Of a stretch of DNA of 57,837 nt, positions 11,542 through 20,505 are shown piece by piece. Position 1 is the first letter of the stretch. Each line of letters starts with the position of its first letter. Both the position numbers and the translations under genes were made by a program. The DNA is taken from the IMG/VR virus record IMGVR_UViG_3300044557_000566. One strand, written 5' to 3'. This stretch comes from an uncultured virus (IMG/VR IMGVR_UViG_3300044557_000566) (taxonomy: Duplodnaviria > Heunggongvirae > Uroviricota > Caudoviricetes). The notes below the pieces were generated by a model, which was given only the letters and a program-made list of their open reading frames with translations, did not search any database and had not been told where the DNA came from.

Positions 11542-11585
11542 TCCTCCTTATCTTAATGATTGACGGGCGCGCTTTCATGATACTA

Positions 11586-12557
11586 TTAATCAATCCTCGG
11601 ATGAATAGCGATAGCATTGCTTGCAATCGAGCTGAATGATTCCACCGAGGGGTCCTTCCCGACTCGTCTCACATGGTCGTCATCCACCATAAGCTTCACG
11701 AACTCGCGGAACTTGACCTTCGATTGAGCATACTCCTGGATAAGATCACGGTCACTGTTCTTCACGATCATCCTCATCATGATGGCAGGGGCGCCGCTGC
11801 CGTCTCCCCCATTGTCCTCAGCACGGACCTCAACCCAGCACAGTATTGGGTCATCCTGCACGTCATGCCCCCAGACAATCCTCACCATGAGCCTTGCCGA
11901 CGCCCAATCCTCGAGGAGGGCGTCATGATCCCTTGACTCCACGCACGCCCACTTCACCTCGAAACTGCTACTGGTCTCCTGCCGTCTACCATCACTATCG
12001 TAGTATGACGATATCTCGTCTGACTTGAAGGCTATAGACGCATGATCGTCCATCCCAATGGTCTCAGCGAGGTCACTCAACCTGACCGCACCCATAATCG
12101 TATTCACGTTCATTCTCATCGCCCAGACGGCGAGCAGACTGAAAACGGTGAACGCTACAGCCCCGACGGCAATCCACGAACCATCGCCCGTATCTAACCC
12201 CACAACGAAGACGCCGCCGCCCATAACCACCGCTATGATCGAATTCAATACGATACTTATCTTCTTCAACCTCATCATAGCCCTGGACATCTTGTCCGCG
12301 TCAGATGGATCAGCCTGCACCCATTCACCACGGTACAGCGCATCATCGTCCGATCGTAGCGACGTGCTGACTGGCCTTGATTCCGTCGGCCCCTCCTCAT
12401 TGCGGGAAGATGGGCTCTGGACCTCATCAGATTGATCATCATATACCACAGGATCAGGATTAGACTGAAGATGAGGATCGTCGTAGATAGATGAGCCAGT
12501 CCCATGGAGCCACATCTTACTCCTCCACGTCGGATACGTTCTTATCGTACTTCGCAC
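11586..12557 (-). CDS. Hypothetical membrane protein (2 TM)
   Basis: Long ORF overlapping the upstream gene; two hydrophobic segments; start may be the internal MWLHG. Confidence 0.65.
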   Translation of the reverse strand: MRSTIRTYPTWRSKMWLHGTGSSIYDDPHLQSNPDPVVYDDQSDEVQSPSSRNEEGPTESRPVSTSLRSDDDALYRGEWVQADPSDADKMSRAMMRLKKISIVLNSIIAVVMGGGVFVVGLDTGDGSWIAVGAVAFTVFSLLAVWAMRMNVNTIMGAVRLSDLAETIGMDDHASIAFKSDEISSYYDSDGRRQETSSSFEVKWACVESRDHDALLEDWASARLMVRIVWGHDVQDDPILCWVEVRAEDNGGDGSGAPAIMMRMIVKNSDRDLIQEYAQSKVKFREFVKLMVDDDHVRRVGKDPSVESFSSIASNAIAIHPRID

Positions 12558-13350
12558 CCCTGTGATCGGGTTTTGCCAACGCGACGAGGATCCATAAGAT
12601 GAAGCTCACGATCGATGAGACCCCAGCGAGCAGGAATGCCCCCAGGGCGGCAGCGGGCTGGGAGCCGAGGAAGACCACCTGGTACATACCGTACAGGATC
12701 GATGGGACCACGATCATTGACAAGAATACTGACGCCACAACCCACCATCCACTCATGTTAGCGTCATGAGCACGACGCGTCCTCAGCCCAAGCTCCTCAA
12801 CGAACAGGGTCACCGCCAGTATGGCTAGGATCAGTCTAATGGAAAGGATCAACGGCCCAATGCCGGTCGTTATAACAAGATCATATATTGGCGTGATAAC
12901 TGCCGTGATGATGACCATGGTGAGCCACCCGTACCAGTACTCACTCCTACTAGCCCTCCCCTTGAAGGTGCCATGCAGAAGATGCCTCTTCAATGAGGCG
13001 CATGCCTCCCCGAAGCCCATGCTCGGAGCCGTCGTGACCACGATTGGACCGTCCGCGACGCCATCCACTGGAGTCCTGGGGCCCTCTGACTCTGAGAATG
13101 GGCCACGTGTTGAGACGCCACGTGGCCTTCCACTTTGATCATGGGCAATCCCGGCTTGGGGCCGCACTGCTGGGCTTGCATTAGATACCGCTACACCAGC
13201 GGCAGGGAGACCGTCGGGCTGGCCTGGTGAGGCCGACTGGACCGGCTTACTCCCCCTCAGCCCTCGTCTCCTGCTAGTTCCATCGTCATCGGGCATTGGG
13301 AGACTGTTGTCACTGACCCCACTCATAAGGAACGGGTTAATCGTATCCAT
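12517..13350 (-). CDS. DUF805 family membrane protein with low-complexity N-terminus
   Basis: FKGRASRSEYW and RRAHDANMSGWW motifs. Confidence 0.85.
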   Translation of the reverse strand: MDTINPFLMSGVSDNSLPMPDDDGTSRRRGLRGSKPVQSASPGQPDGLPAAGVAVSNASPAVRPQAGIAHDQSGRPRGVSTRGPFSESEGPRTPVDGVADGPIVVTTAPSMGFGEACASLKRHLLHGTFKGRASRSEYWYGWLTMVIITAVITPIYDLVITTGIGPLILSIRLILAILAVTLFVEELGLRTRRAHDANMSGWWVVASVFLSMIVVPSILYGMYQVVFLGSQPAAALGAFLLAGVSSIVSFILWILVALAKPDHRGAKYDKNVSDVEE

Positions 13351-13469
13351 CTTTCTGATCTTCTTCCCTTATTCATCAATCGTAGCATCTTCAACATGAA
13401 GATATCAACGAGATGAGGCTGCTTATATGACGGACGCGGACGGGCTCCCACATACTGAGGGGGATGGGA

Positions 13470-14144
13470 TCAGATCTTATCCAGGATGATCTTAGTGATC
13501 TCGCCAACGCTCTTATAGTCAGTGTTGATAACGAGATCATAATGCTCATACGAGTCAGAGGCCGTCTCGCTAGGATGGCTCCTCATCTCAGGAGTGACCT
13601 CAACATGATCGCGTTTCATGATCCTCTCCGACTGGATTCCATCACTCACGTTAAGACGGATCGTGAGACCGTTCAGACTCCTCACCATGTCAAGCTCATT
13701 AGGGAACCTGGCGTCAGTGAGATACACGTTAAACCCATTCCTCATCTTATCCAAGATCACGGGACGTATCTTATCCACCCAGTAGTCGGGGTGAACAGCC
13801 CTGCGGACTTCCGTTCCCCATCTCTGAAGAGCAAACCTAGTGGAATCCGTCCTCGTGCTCACGTTATCCAATCCATGATTCTTCACATCATCATACAGAC
13901 GGAAGACAACCTCCTGAATGACGATGGGATCATACTCAACGCCCACTCCCATGATCGTGTTGATGACAGCCTCATACCTCGTATCAGAGTTCTTTATGGT
14001 CTCAATGACACCGTTCACCTCGTCCCTGAGCGGTGAGGCGAACGACTCATGGAATGACCCTCCCTGAAGACGCTTCACCACTGATTCTGCCACCGTGTCT
14101 TTACCAGACCCCATGTGGCCACTGAATGCTAACAGAACACTCAT
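13470..14144 (-). CDS. Deoxynucleoside monophosphate kinase
   Basis: SGHMGSGKDT P-loop, SFASPLR, LQRWGTEVRR, TDARFPNE and HPSE. Confidence 0.88.
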   Translation of the reverse strand: MSVLLAFSGHMGSGKDTVAESVVKRLQGGSFHESFASPLRDEVNGVIETIKNSDTRYEAVINTIMGVGVEYDPIVIQEVVFRLYDDVKNHGLDNVSTRTDSTRFALQRWGTEVRRAVHPDYWVDKIRPVILDKMRNGFNVYLTDARFPNELDMVRSLNGLTIRLNVSDGIQSERIMKRDHVEVTPEMRSHPSETASDSYEHYDLVINTDYKSVGEITKIILDKI

Positions 14145-14147
14145 AGG

Positions 14148-14696
14148 TCACTCACCTTCTTTCACATCAAATCCAGTTGAACTGGATTCTTCTACTGAAC
14201 TACCAGTACGCTTCATCGTCCTAAGACCCGTCCTTCCAGTATTAACCCCATCGCGACCAATTGGAATCAAAGACGGTGATGATCCAACAATAGCACCGGT
14301 GATAGTACCAGGAATGCGATGAGCATGTCCTAATGATTCCCTCTGACTGCCGATCGGAATGACTGGCTTATGAGCGCTGGGAACGATCCTCCCCCTCCTC
14401 GCCCCAGGGGTAGCTGGTCTGGCCACCCTCGCTCCCGGTCTAATGACCCTGAGGACGGACATGAATGCTTCTTCGACATTGTCATCTATAGGATTATACT
14501 CAGACGCGAAGACGAGTCTCGCGAGTGCTAGCTCGTCTTCGGTGAACTCGACCACGGAATCTCTCACCCCACGATCATGTTGATCCATGAGAACATCGAA
14601 CTCCATCATGGTCTCATCGTCGTTTCCAACAGCGTCAGAGTAGATCGCCCTGATCTCTCCTCCGGACTCGTCCATACTACCTCCCATTGTCTCCAC
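14148..14696 (-). CDS. Hypothetical protein
   Basis: 182-aa ORF tightly coupled to the kinase gene. Confidence 0.55.
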   Translation of the reverse strand: METMGGSMDESGGEIRAIYSDAVGNDDETMMEFDVLMDQHDRGVRDSVVEFTEDELALARLVFASEYNPIDDNVEEAFMSVLRVIRPGARVARPATPGARRGRIVPSAHKPVIPIGSQRESLGHAHRIPGTITGAIVGSSPSLIPIGRDGVNTGRTGLRTMKRTGSSVEESSSTGFDVKEGE

Positions 14697-14892
14697 TCCC
14701 TAGTTACGTCGGGATGATCTGACTGCTAGCACGTCAAGACACCGTCAACGAGGTAATCTCAATGGCAGCATGCTAACAGTATCCTCTCATTAATGGTAAT
14801 CTTTACCAGCGCGGAATGCAACTATCACTCAGCGTGAAGCATCTCAAGTGGAATTGGGACTGCGGCCGTGGATTAGCACTGGACAACCCTCC

Positions 14893-15007
14893 CAGACGCA
14901 TTCCATGCCGCCTTAGACGCTCGGCCCGTCACGGCATGTGTTTTTTTACTCACCTGGTCCACGGGGCGTTAGAACGCATCCTCCGCGCTCCTAATGCATT
15001 GCGCCCC
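14893..15007 (+). repeat. Long repeat family R2, copy 1
   Basis: cagacgcattccatg-ccttagacgctcg...gcatgtgtttttttactcacc...gcgttagaacgcatcctccgcgctcc; other copies at 19416-19531 (-), 36077-36174 (+) and 37021-37133 (-). Confidence 0.9.
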
Positions 15008-15202
15008 GGGTTCAAACCCTCGAAGATCGTGGGTGTCGCAGACCTCCGACGCCACCGTCACAGACCATCACTGGTTACCCCCTATGGCTCGACGCACCCA
15101 CGGCTCGACGTATTCACATGCCACTCGACATGCCACTCATGCCATCACCATCACTGCCCTGCGCCACCATGCCATGCGCTGCAGATCCACGCTGCTTTTG
15201 GT

Positions 15203-15278
15203 ATCTCCCCCGCAGACCCTATAATCCTAGGATATGCTTCCCCGTGTTACACGGCCAGCGTTGAAATCTAGCCCTTCC
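15203..15278 (+). repeat. Repeat family R1, copy A
   Basis: gcagaccctataatcctaggatatgcttccccgtgttacacggccagcgttgaaatctagc; copies at 15927 (+), 18541 (-) and 18902 (-). Confidence 0.92.
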
Positions 15279-15405
15279 TGAAAAACACAATCTCCAGTGG
15301 TGAGGGCAGCATATTCCTCACCACCAGCGACCACCGTCACCCCGGCGCAGGTCATCAACGACATCGCCAGTCACACGACGTATGCCTGGCGCCTAGTCCC
15401 CTCGG

Positions 15406-15867
15406 CTACCCATCATATCTGTTTCCCACCAGAAGATCGGCTGCCATAAGTGGGGAATCGGTGATCTCCAGATTATCCCCGTCACGATCGATCCTGAACT
15501 GGTCATATGCGCTTACACCGTCATCGGTCATCCTGAGCAGCGCGAGCCTAGTCGAAGCTGGGTCGCTAGTATCATGTTCGCGCACAAGCGCGTCGAAATT
15601 GATGAGACTTTCGGTATGGCCGGCGCTGATGGAACCGCCGTTAGCCCACAGGTAAAGAGTGTGACGGGAGACCCCAAGAGCCTTGGCCAGTTGACGCATC
15701 GTGAGTCCAGAGCGCTTCTGGACGTCATGGAGAAGATCGGCGAGAGTACTTATGGCAGATCCCCCGGGGACTGGCGCATCCACGAGACCCACGTACTCCA
15801 CGTCCTCTCCCGACCGCACGCAGTAGTGAGGGTGCCAGCCCTCGCCGTGCTTGCTCTCTCCGTCCAT
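15406..15867 (-). CDS. XRE-type helix-turn-helix protein
   Basis: SGLTMRQLAKALGVSRHTLYLWANG; similar to 43293..43703. Confidence 0.75.
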   Translation of the reverse strand: MDGESKHGEGWHPHYCVRSGEDVEYVGLVDAPVPGGSAISTLADLLHDVQKRSGLTMRQLAKALGVSRHTLYLWANGGSISAGHTESLINFDALVREHDTSDPASTRLALLRMTDDGVSAYDQFRIDRDGDNLEITDSPLMAADLLVGNRYDG

Positions 15868-15926
15868 GATGATCCTCCACTCCCTCGGTCCATCCGATAA
15901 CGCGGCCTGCGCTCGTGGACCAGGGG

Positions 15927-16003
15927 ATCTCCCCAGCAGACCCTGTAATTCCTAGGATATGCTTCCCCGTGTTACACGGCCAGCGTTGAAATCTAGCTCT
16001 TCC
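15927..16003 (+). repeat. Repeat family R1, copy B
   Basis: gcagaccctgtaattcctaggatatgcttccccgtgttacacggccagcgttgaaatctagc. Confidence 0.92.
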
Positions 16004-16053
16004 CCAAAAAGAGCATTAGAAAGGGCTAAAACCCTTACTGTTATGATCCACAG

Positions 16054-17574
16054 TTACTTCAACCGCGCGTTCTGGAGTCCATAAGCGCGGTTATGATTGG
16101 TGCCACGAGCACTGGGCTCGTCCATCTCGTCAAGCAGCTCACCGACATAAGTCATGTCAACAGCGTCCTCGTGGAACGCCTTCCTCTCATAGACCAGTCT
16201 GCTCATGTCAGCATGATCTAGAACATAATCTAGAGCGGACTCATCTTCAAGATCACGTGGACGAGCATCGTCATCCCCGTGAGTGATCCTGCTCTCAAGT
16301 ACGTGACGGAGACGCTTCACGCGGAGATACCTATCCGACTTCACCTTGGCCATGTACCCGTCACGGCTATAGATCACGACGCCCTCACGATCTGACCCAT
16401 GAGCACGATTGATAGCATCAGCTAACTCCTCGCGATTGCTAACGACCTCAGATCTTCTAATGTCCTCATTCCTCCACCCAATTCCATTCATGATCTCATC
16501 GTCAGCATCACGATCAATGCTGAACACTGAATCGTTCCTGACGCAGTGAATGAAGAAGCATTCCGAGTGGTCGTATGGAATGATGTGCCTATCAGAATTA
16601 TGGTCAATGATCTCGCACGCGATCGTCACGTCATGATCATAGATAACGTCATGCACCCTCTTGATGAGGGCGGGATCGTTACCGAGCTGGTTCCTGAACG
16701 CCTCATCGACCAGAGCAGAGTAGTCCGTCTGTCCACTCTTCGAGTAGAATCTAAGAGTCCCATCACGACGCGCGCCAATGAGTCCAAGGAACCCGTTCTG
16801 CTTCAACTCCACGGTTGCTGGATACCTGACTCTGTCAAGAACCTTCTCAAGGGTGGTCTCATCATTCTCCCCAATATTGAAGAACTTGTCGAATCCACGC
16901 ATGACGACTCTTCCAGAATGATCTAGGAATAGGCCGCGCGCCTTTGAGGAGTACTCATCCCAATCATGATTGTAGAACGCCCTGCGGGTGAAGTTGCAAG
17001 CGTAGACATCATCCTCGCCCTCGACCTTCTTCACCCTGACATTGCGATTAGCCGCCATCTTAACGAGGAGGTTGCTGTCATTCTTGAGATCATTAACCGT
17101 GAACGGTATGGTATCCTCAAGACGGGAGTACTGTCTGCGAACATACGACTCGGGAACACGATCGTCCTCTGGGCGGGTCTTATTCCTCGCTACGAGATCT
17201 TCCAGCGGAACGTCAGTCAAGTCTTCAATCCTGACGTCAGCATGAGCTCTGGTCGCCAGGTCAACGAGGCCTTTAAGATCGGGTATGGCGATGTTCTGAG
17301 CGTCAAAGATCACACTCACTCCAGCCTTGAGCAGTCTTGACGCCAGGTCACGAGCGGAATGGACTATGACGTCTTCACCGTTCTTTCCAACACCCTCGTT
17401 CCTGGTCTTTAAGAGCTGCCATCCCTGACGAGATCCTCCCAGCATGGTCCTCATCGAGTCGTATGATACGATGACCGAGCCAGTCTTCCTGGACAACTCG
17501 CGGGCTCGCGTGGTCTTACCGCTCCCAGGAAGACCCCTCATGATCGTGAGCGTGGTCTTTTCAAACTTCTTCAT
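16054..17574 (-). CDS. Polynucleotide kinase (AAA_33) fused to a T4 Rnl1-like RNA ligase
   Basis: N-terminal MRGLPGSGKTT and RN..R...VPE; C-terminal KARGLF, FDKFFN, ELKQNGFLG (motif I), EGVV and KVKS. Confidence 0.85.
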   Translation of the reverse strand: MKKFEKTTLTIMRGLPGSGKTTRARELSRKTGSVIVSYDSMRTMLGGSRQGWQLLKTRNEGVGKNGEDVIVHSARDLASRLLKAGVSVIFDAQNIAIPDLKGLVDLATRAHADVRIEDLTDVPLEDLVARNKTRPEDDRVPESYVRRQYSRLEDTIPFTVNDLKNDSNLLVKMAANRNVRVKKVEGEDDVYACNFTRRAFYNHDWDEYSSKARGLFLDHSGRVVMRGFDKFFNIGENDETTLEKVLDRVRYPATVELKQNGFLGLIGARRDGTLRFYSKSGQTDYSALVDEAFRNQLGNDPALIKRVHDVIYDHDVTIACEIIDHNSDRHIIPYDHSECFFIHCVRNDSVFSIDRDADDEIMNGIGWRNEDIRRSEVVSNREELADAINRAHGSDREGVVIYSRDGYMAKVKSDRYLRVKRLRHVLESRITHGDDDARPRDLEDESALDYVLDHADMSRLVYERKAFHEDAVDMTYVGELLDEMDEPSARGTNHNRAYGLQNARLK

Positions 17575-17653
17575 GATAAAGATCCTTCCTTCATAACAGC
17601 ATTCATTTGTTTATGATAATGACAATAACGTGACTGATTGGGCTTCATTGAGA

Positions 17654-18412
17654 TCACTTGGCGTTGTTCTCATCTTGGTTAAGAATCCTGTCAAGCTCCG
17701 CATTCAGACCCCCATACCACTCCATCTTGCTCTTATTCCTTGAATCTTCCCTAATCGCCTCACCCTCCTCGGATTCGATGGAGGACTTGATCTTGTCAAG
17801 CTCCCTCTCCTTGTACTCATCGACCTTACCAGCGTCAACATTGGTTGAGATAGAGCCGTCATCAGAGCGATTCACGTAATGATCGGGAAGAGTGATTCCG
17901 TCATACAGCTCTTGCAGTCGCCTAAGGCCGGGTTCGGGGTTCTTATAATCGACGTTAATGTATTCAAGATCGCTGATCATTGAATCGATGGCATCATCAA
18001 GATGCCAGGCTAGTTCAGACTTATAATCAGAATACTCCTCGGCTGCATTCCAGTCCACGATCTCCTGGTACTGCATTCTGAGCAGCGGTAGTCTTGCAAG
18101 GTAATCGTGCGCAAGGTCAAGATCCCTCTGCGTCTTAGCCTTCTCAGCAAGAATGTCTTCACGCTCAGAGTTGATATAGGATTCAATCCAATCGTACTCA
18201 TCACGGCTCTTGAGCTCGTTCAATCTAAGCTGCTTGGTCTTTATGGAATCCCGCCATTTATTACTAGTGAAGTAGCCTTCTGGTACTTGTCCGTATGGAT
18301 CGTCTTCATCTCTGATACTGTAGAACACCCAGAAACTCCTCATGACCTTGTCCGCAAGCCTGCGCGCGTCGTCCCCACCCTTCACGATTCCATAGTTCAA
18401 TCCAGTAGTCAT
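17654..18412 (-). CDS. Hypothetical acidic coiled-coil phage-type protein
   Basis: 252-aa ORF with AAAGGA RBS. Confidence 0.7.
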   Translation of the reverse strand: MTTGLNYGIVKGGDDARRLADKVMRSFWVFYSIRDEDDPYGQVPEGYFTSNKWRDSIKTKQLRLNELKSRDEYDWIESYINSEREDILAEKAKTQRDLDLAHDYLARLPLLRMQYQEIVDWNAAEEYSDYKSELAWHLDDAIDSMISDLEYINVDYKNPEPGLRRLQELYDGITLPDHYVNRSDDGSISTNVDAGKVDEYKERELDKIKSSIESEEGEAIREDSRNKSKMEWYGGLNAELDRILNQDENNAK

Positions 18413-18540
18413 AGATCAATCCTTTCAGCACTAAGAACAAAACCACAGGTCTATGATTCTATGATAACACAAAAAGCGCTATCAGCTCGCCAGACCATAA
18501 GATTATGCCAAATCGCATCTTTTAAGACGATTCCTGGGAG

Positions 18541-18608
18541 GGGCTAGATTTCAACGTTGGCCGTGTAACACGAGGAAGCATATCCTAGGATTATAGGGTC
18601 TGCGGGGA
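18541..18608 (-). repeat. Repeat family R1, copy C (inverted)
   Basis: gggctagatttcaacgttggccgtgtaacacgaggaagcatatcctaggattatagggtctgcgggga is the reverse complement of copy A with few substitutions. Confidence 0.92.
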
Positions 18609-18848
18609 AGACGTCATAGTGCCGTCGGTGGTCTGCAGCACGCGGCTATACCACGAGCGCAAGTGGAATGCAGCGCTCGACAACGCCAGGCCATAGTGAT
18701 GGGTGGTGCTCAGAGACGATGGTGAAGCAAGCCACAGAGGCCCCGGTGATGATGGCGATACCCAGTGGTGATCTATGATGGCTACGCCAAGTGTCTGTGG
18801 TCTGCGGGGAAGCTAATGGTCTGTGCCTACGGCATCGCCGGGCCATAT

Positions 18849-18948
18849 CCTCACCGTTGGAGACCATGATTTTTAGAAAGGGCGTAATAGCAACGCTTCT
18901 AGTGTAACACAAGGAAGCATATCCTAGGAATTACAGGGTCTGCGGGGA
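18849..18948 (-). repeat. Repeat family R1, copy D (inverted; core 18902-18948 plus diverged extension)
   Basis: gtgtaacacaaggaagcatatcctaggaattacagggtctgcgggga; the extension resembles the right flank of copy A. Confidence 0.85.
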
Positions 18949-19006
18949 TGGCCCGCCCTGAGGGATTGTTGCTGAGGGTAGGGATGCCCAAGCAAAGGAC
19001 CAAGGA

Positions 19007-19294
19007 ATGTACACGGCAACAAGCATCGACGGAGCAGTGTCCAACATCAGCGGGAGGATCCGGGAGCACAGAAGGAATTACGACCCGAACCAGGATCAGC
19101 TGTTTCCAGGACTGCCCGTGGAGTTCGATTGCGTCATTGATTTGGGAGACCATGGATGGATTGCCACTCCGCACTATTGGATTGAGGATGACACGGTGAG
19201 CATGGACATGACGGGTGATGATCGACGGCCCCTATCCGAGCTGGCCGGTCTGCTCAGCGATCACATGGCGTCCGCACGGACGCAGGTGCGCTAA
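19007..19294 (+). CDS. Small hypothetical protein
   Basis: 95-aa ORF about 60 bp downstream of R1 copy D; AAGGA motifs upstream. Confidence 0.55.
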   Translation: MYTATSIDGAVSNISGRIREHRRNYDPNQDQLFPGLPVEFDCVIDLGDHGWIATPHYWIEDDTVSMDMTGDDRRPLSELAGLLSDHMASARTQVR

Positions 19295-19415
19295 TTCCGG
19301 CGAGTCGTCAGCGCGACTCTCATAATCTGATGGTCGCGGCCGTGATGCCATTCCTCTCATAGGGTTCCACCCATACCGCCCCCTGTACTGGTGGCGAGCA
19401 CGGTCGGCATCACGA

Positions 19416-19531
19416 GGGGACGCAATGCGCTAGGAGCGCGGAGGATGCGTTCTAACGCCCTGTGGGCCCGGTGAGTAAAAAAACACGCGCCGCGCATGGT
19501 CGAGCGTCTAAGGCATCATGGAATGCGTCTG
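19416..19531 (-). repeat. Long repeat family R2, copy 2 (inverted relative to copy 1)
   Basis: ggagcgcggaggatgcgttctaacgccc...ggtgagtaaaaaaacac...cgagcgtctaaggcatcatggaatgcgtctg. Confidence 0.9.
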
Positions 19532-19608
19532 AGGTGCATCTGTGTCATCCTTGAGCAAACAGTCAATGCAGAATCGTATTGATCGATCAGCCGTCATGCT
19601 ATCGTGAA

Positions 19609-20232
19609 TCAGCGACGATTATCGAAGACGCTCATGTATGGGATTGGAGGCTCGATGAAGGGTCTTGAAGACAACTGGACCCTATTACCGAGCTTCTCCA
19701 ATAACGAGCCTATCTTGTCCCCAAGCGCTTGAGCCCTAAGACCGGCCTTCAACGTTATCTCATCACCGGAGATCGTCGCTATCTCAATCTGATCGTCAAG
19801 GAACTCCCAGACCCCGCCTCGAATAGCCTGGAGTCTTATGCTCTTGAATGGAATCATACGCAGTGCGATAAGCTTCCTCTCCATTATCTTCAAGCGAGGA
19901 GGAAGATTCAAGACCCAGTTCACATTGTTAACATGATCATCATGGATCAGCATGATCTTCGCCTTGACGATGAGAGAATCGAACTCGTGCGTCTGGTACT
20001 GCAGGCTAAAAGCTTCCAGTGAGAGCGCTATCTGTAGGATCTTGTCGTCCATCCCGTTATGATAAAGCGGGGTTAGAAGCTCGTCATAATCGTGAGCGTT
20101 GGCGATCTCGGAATTTGATCCTAATCCAGACATGGCTGAATTGGCCACATTGTGCAATAATCTATATCTATTCAGGCTCGATCTATTATCATTATGATGC
20201 TGATCTGGAGCCCCAGCAGGGTGATCACTCAT
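19609..20232 (-). CDS. Hypothetical protein (start reassigned to MSDHP at 20232)
   Basis: C-terminal part of track ORF 19609..20379; ATG overlaps the end of the upstream small ORF. Confidence 0.6.
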   Translation of the reverse strand: MSDHPAGAPDQHHNDNRSSLNRYRLLHNVANSAMSGLGSNSEIANAHDYDELLTPLYHNGMDDKILQIALSLEAFSLQYQTHEFDSLIVKAKIMLIHDDHVNNVNWVLNLPPRLKIMERKLIALRMIPFKSIRLQAIRGGVWEFLDDQIEIATISGDEITLKAGLRAQALGDKIGSLLEKLGNRVQLSSRPFIEPPIPYMSVFDNRR

Positions 20233-20413
20233 CGTCATCACCCTCATCTGGCAGGGGGTCCTGAGCGTCGTTATCAGGTGTTCCATCGTCATTAATGCCA
20301 ACCATGATGAGGGCGGGAGTGATGGGGTAAGCCTCTCGGGTTTTCCAGAACCTCTCCACGTAAGCGTTGTCAGCATCACCGTGGTATTGTGGCTTATAGT
20401 ATTGATCCTTCAT
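20225..20413 (-). CDS. Small acidic hypothetical protein (MKDQYYKP...)
   Basis: AAAGGAG RBS before ATG at 20413; TATAAT-type promoter near 20455. Confidence 0.55.
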   Translation of the reverse strand: MKDQYYKPQYHGDADNAYVERFWKTREAYPITPALIMVGINDDGTPDNDAQDPLPDEGDDDE

Positions 20414-20505
20414 GTTGCTCCTTTGAAAATTCATTTTTCATTGACAGTTCTATTATATAACAGTAACTCCGCAACATACCGTTATAAGATGAAAATCTTT
20501 TTATC

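Noticed and set aside
14816..15271. ORFs 14816..15271, 18646..18912 and 36055..36309
   Set aside because: They run through the R1/R2 repeats, lack RBSs and have non-protein-like composition.
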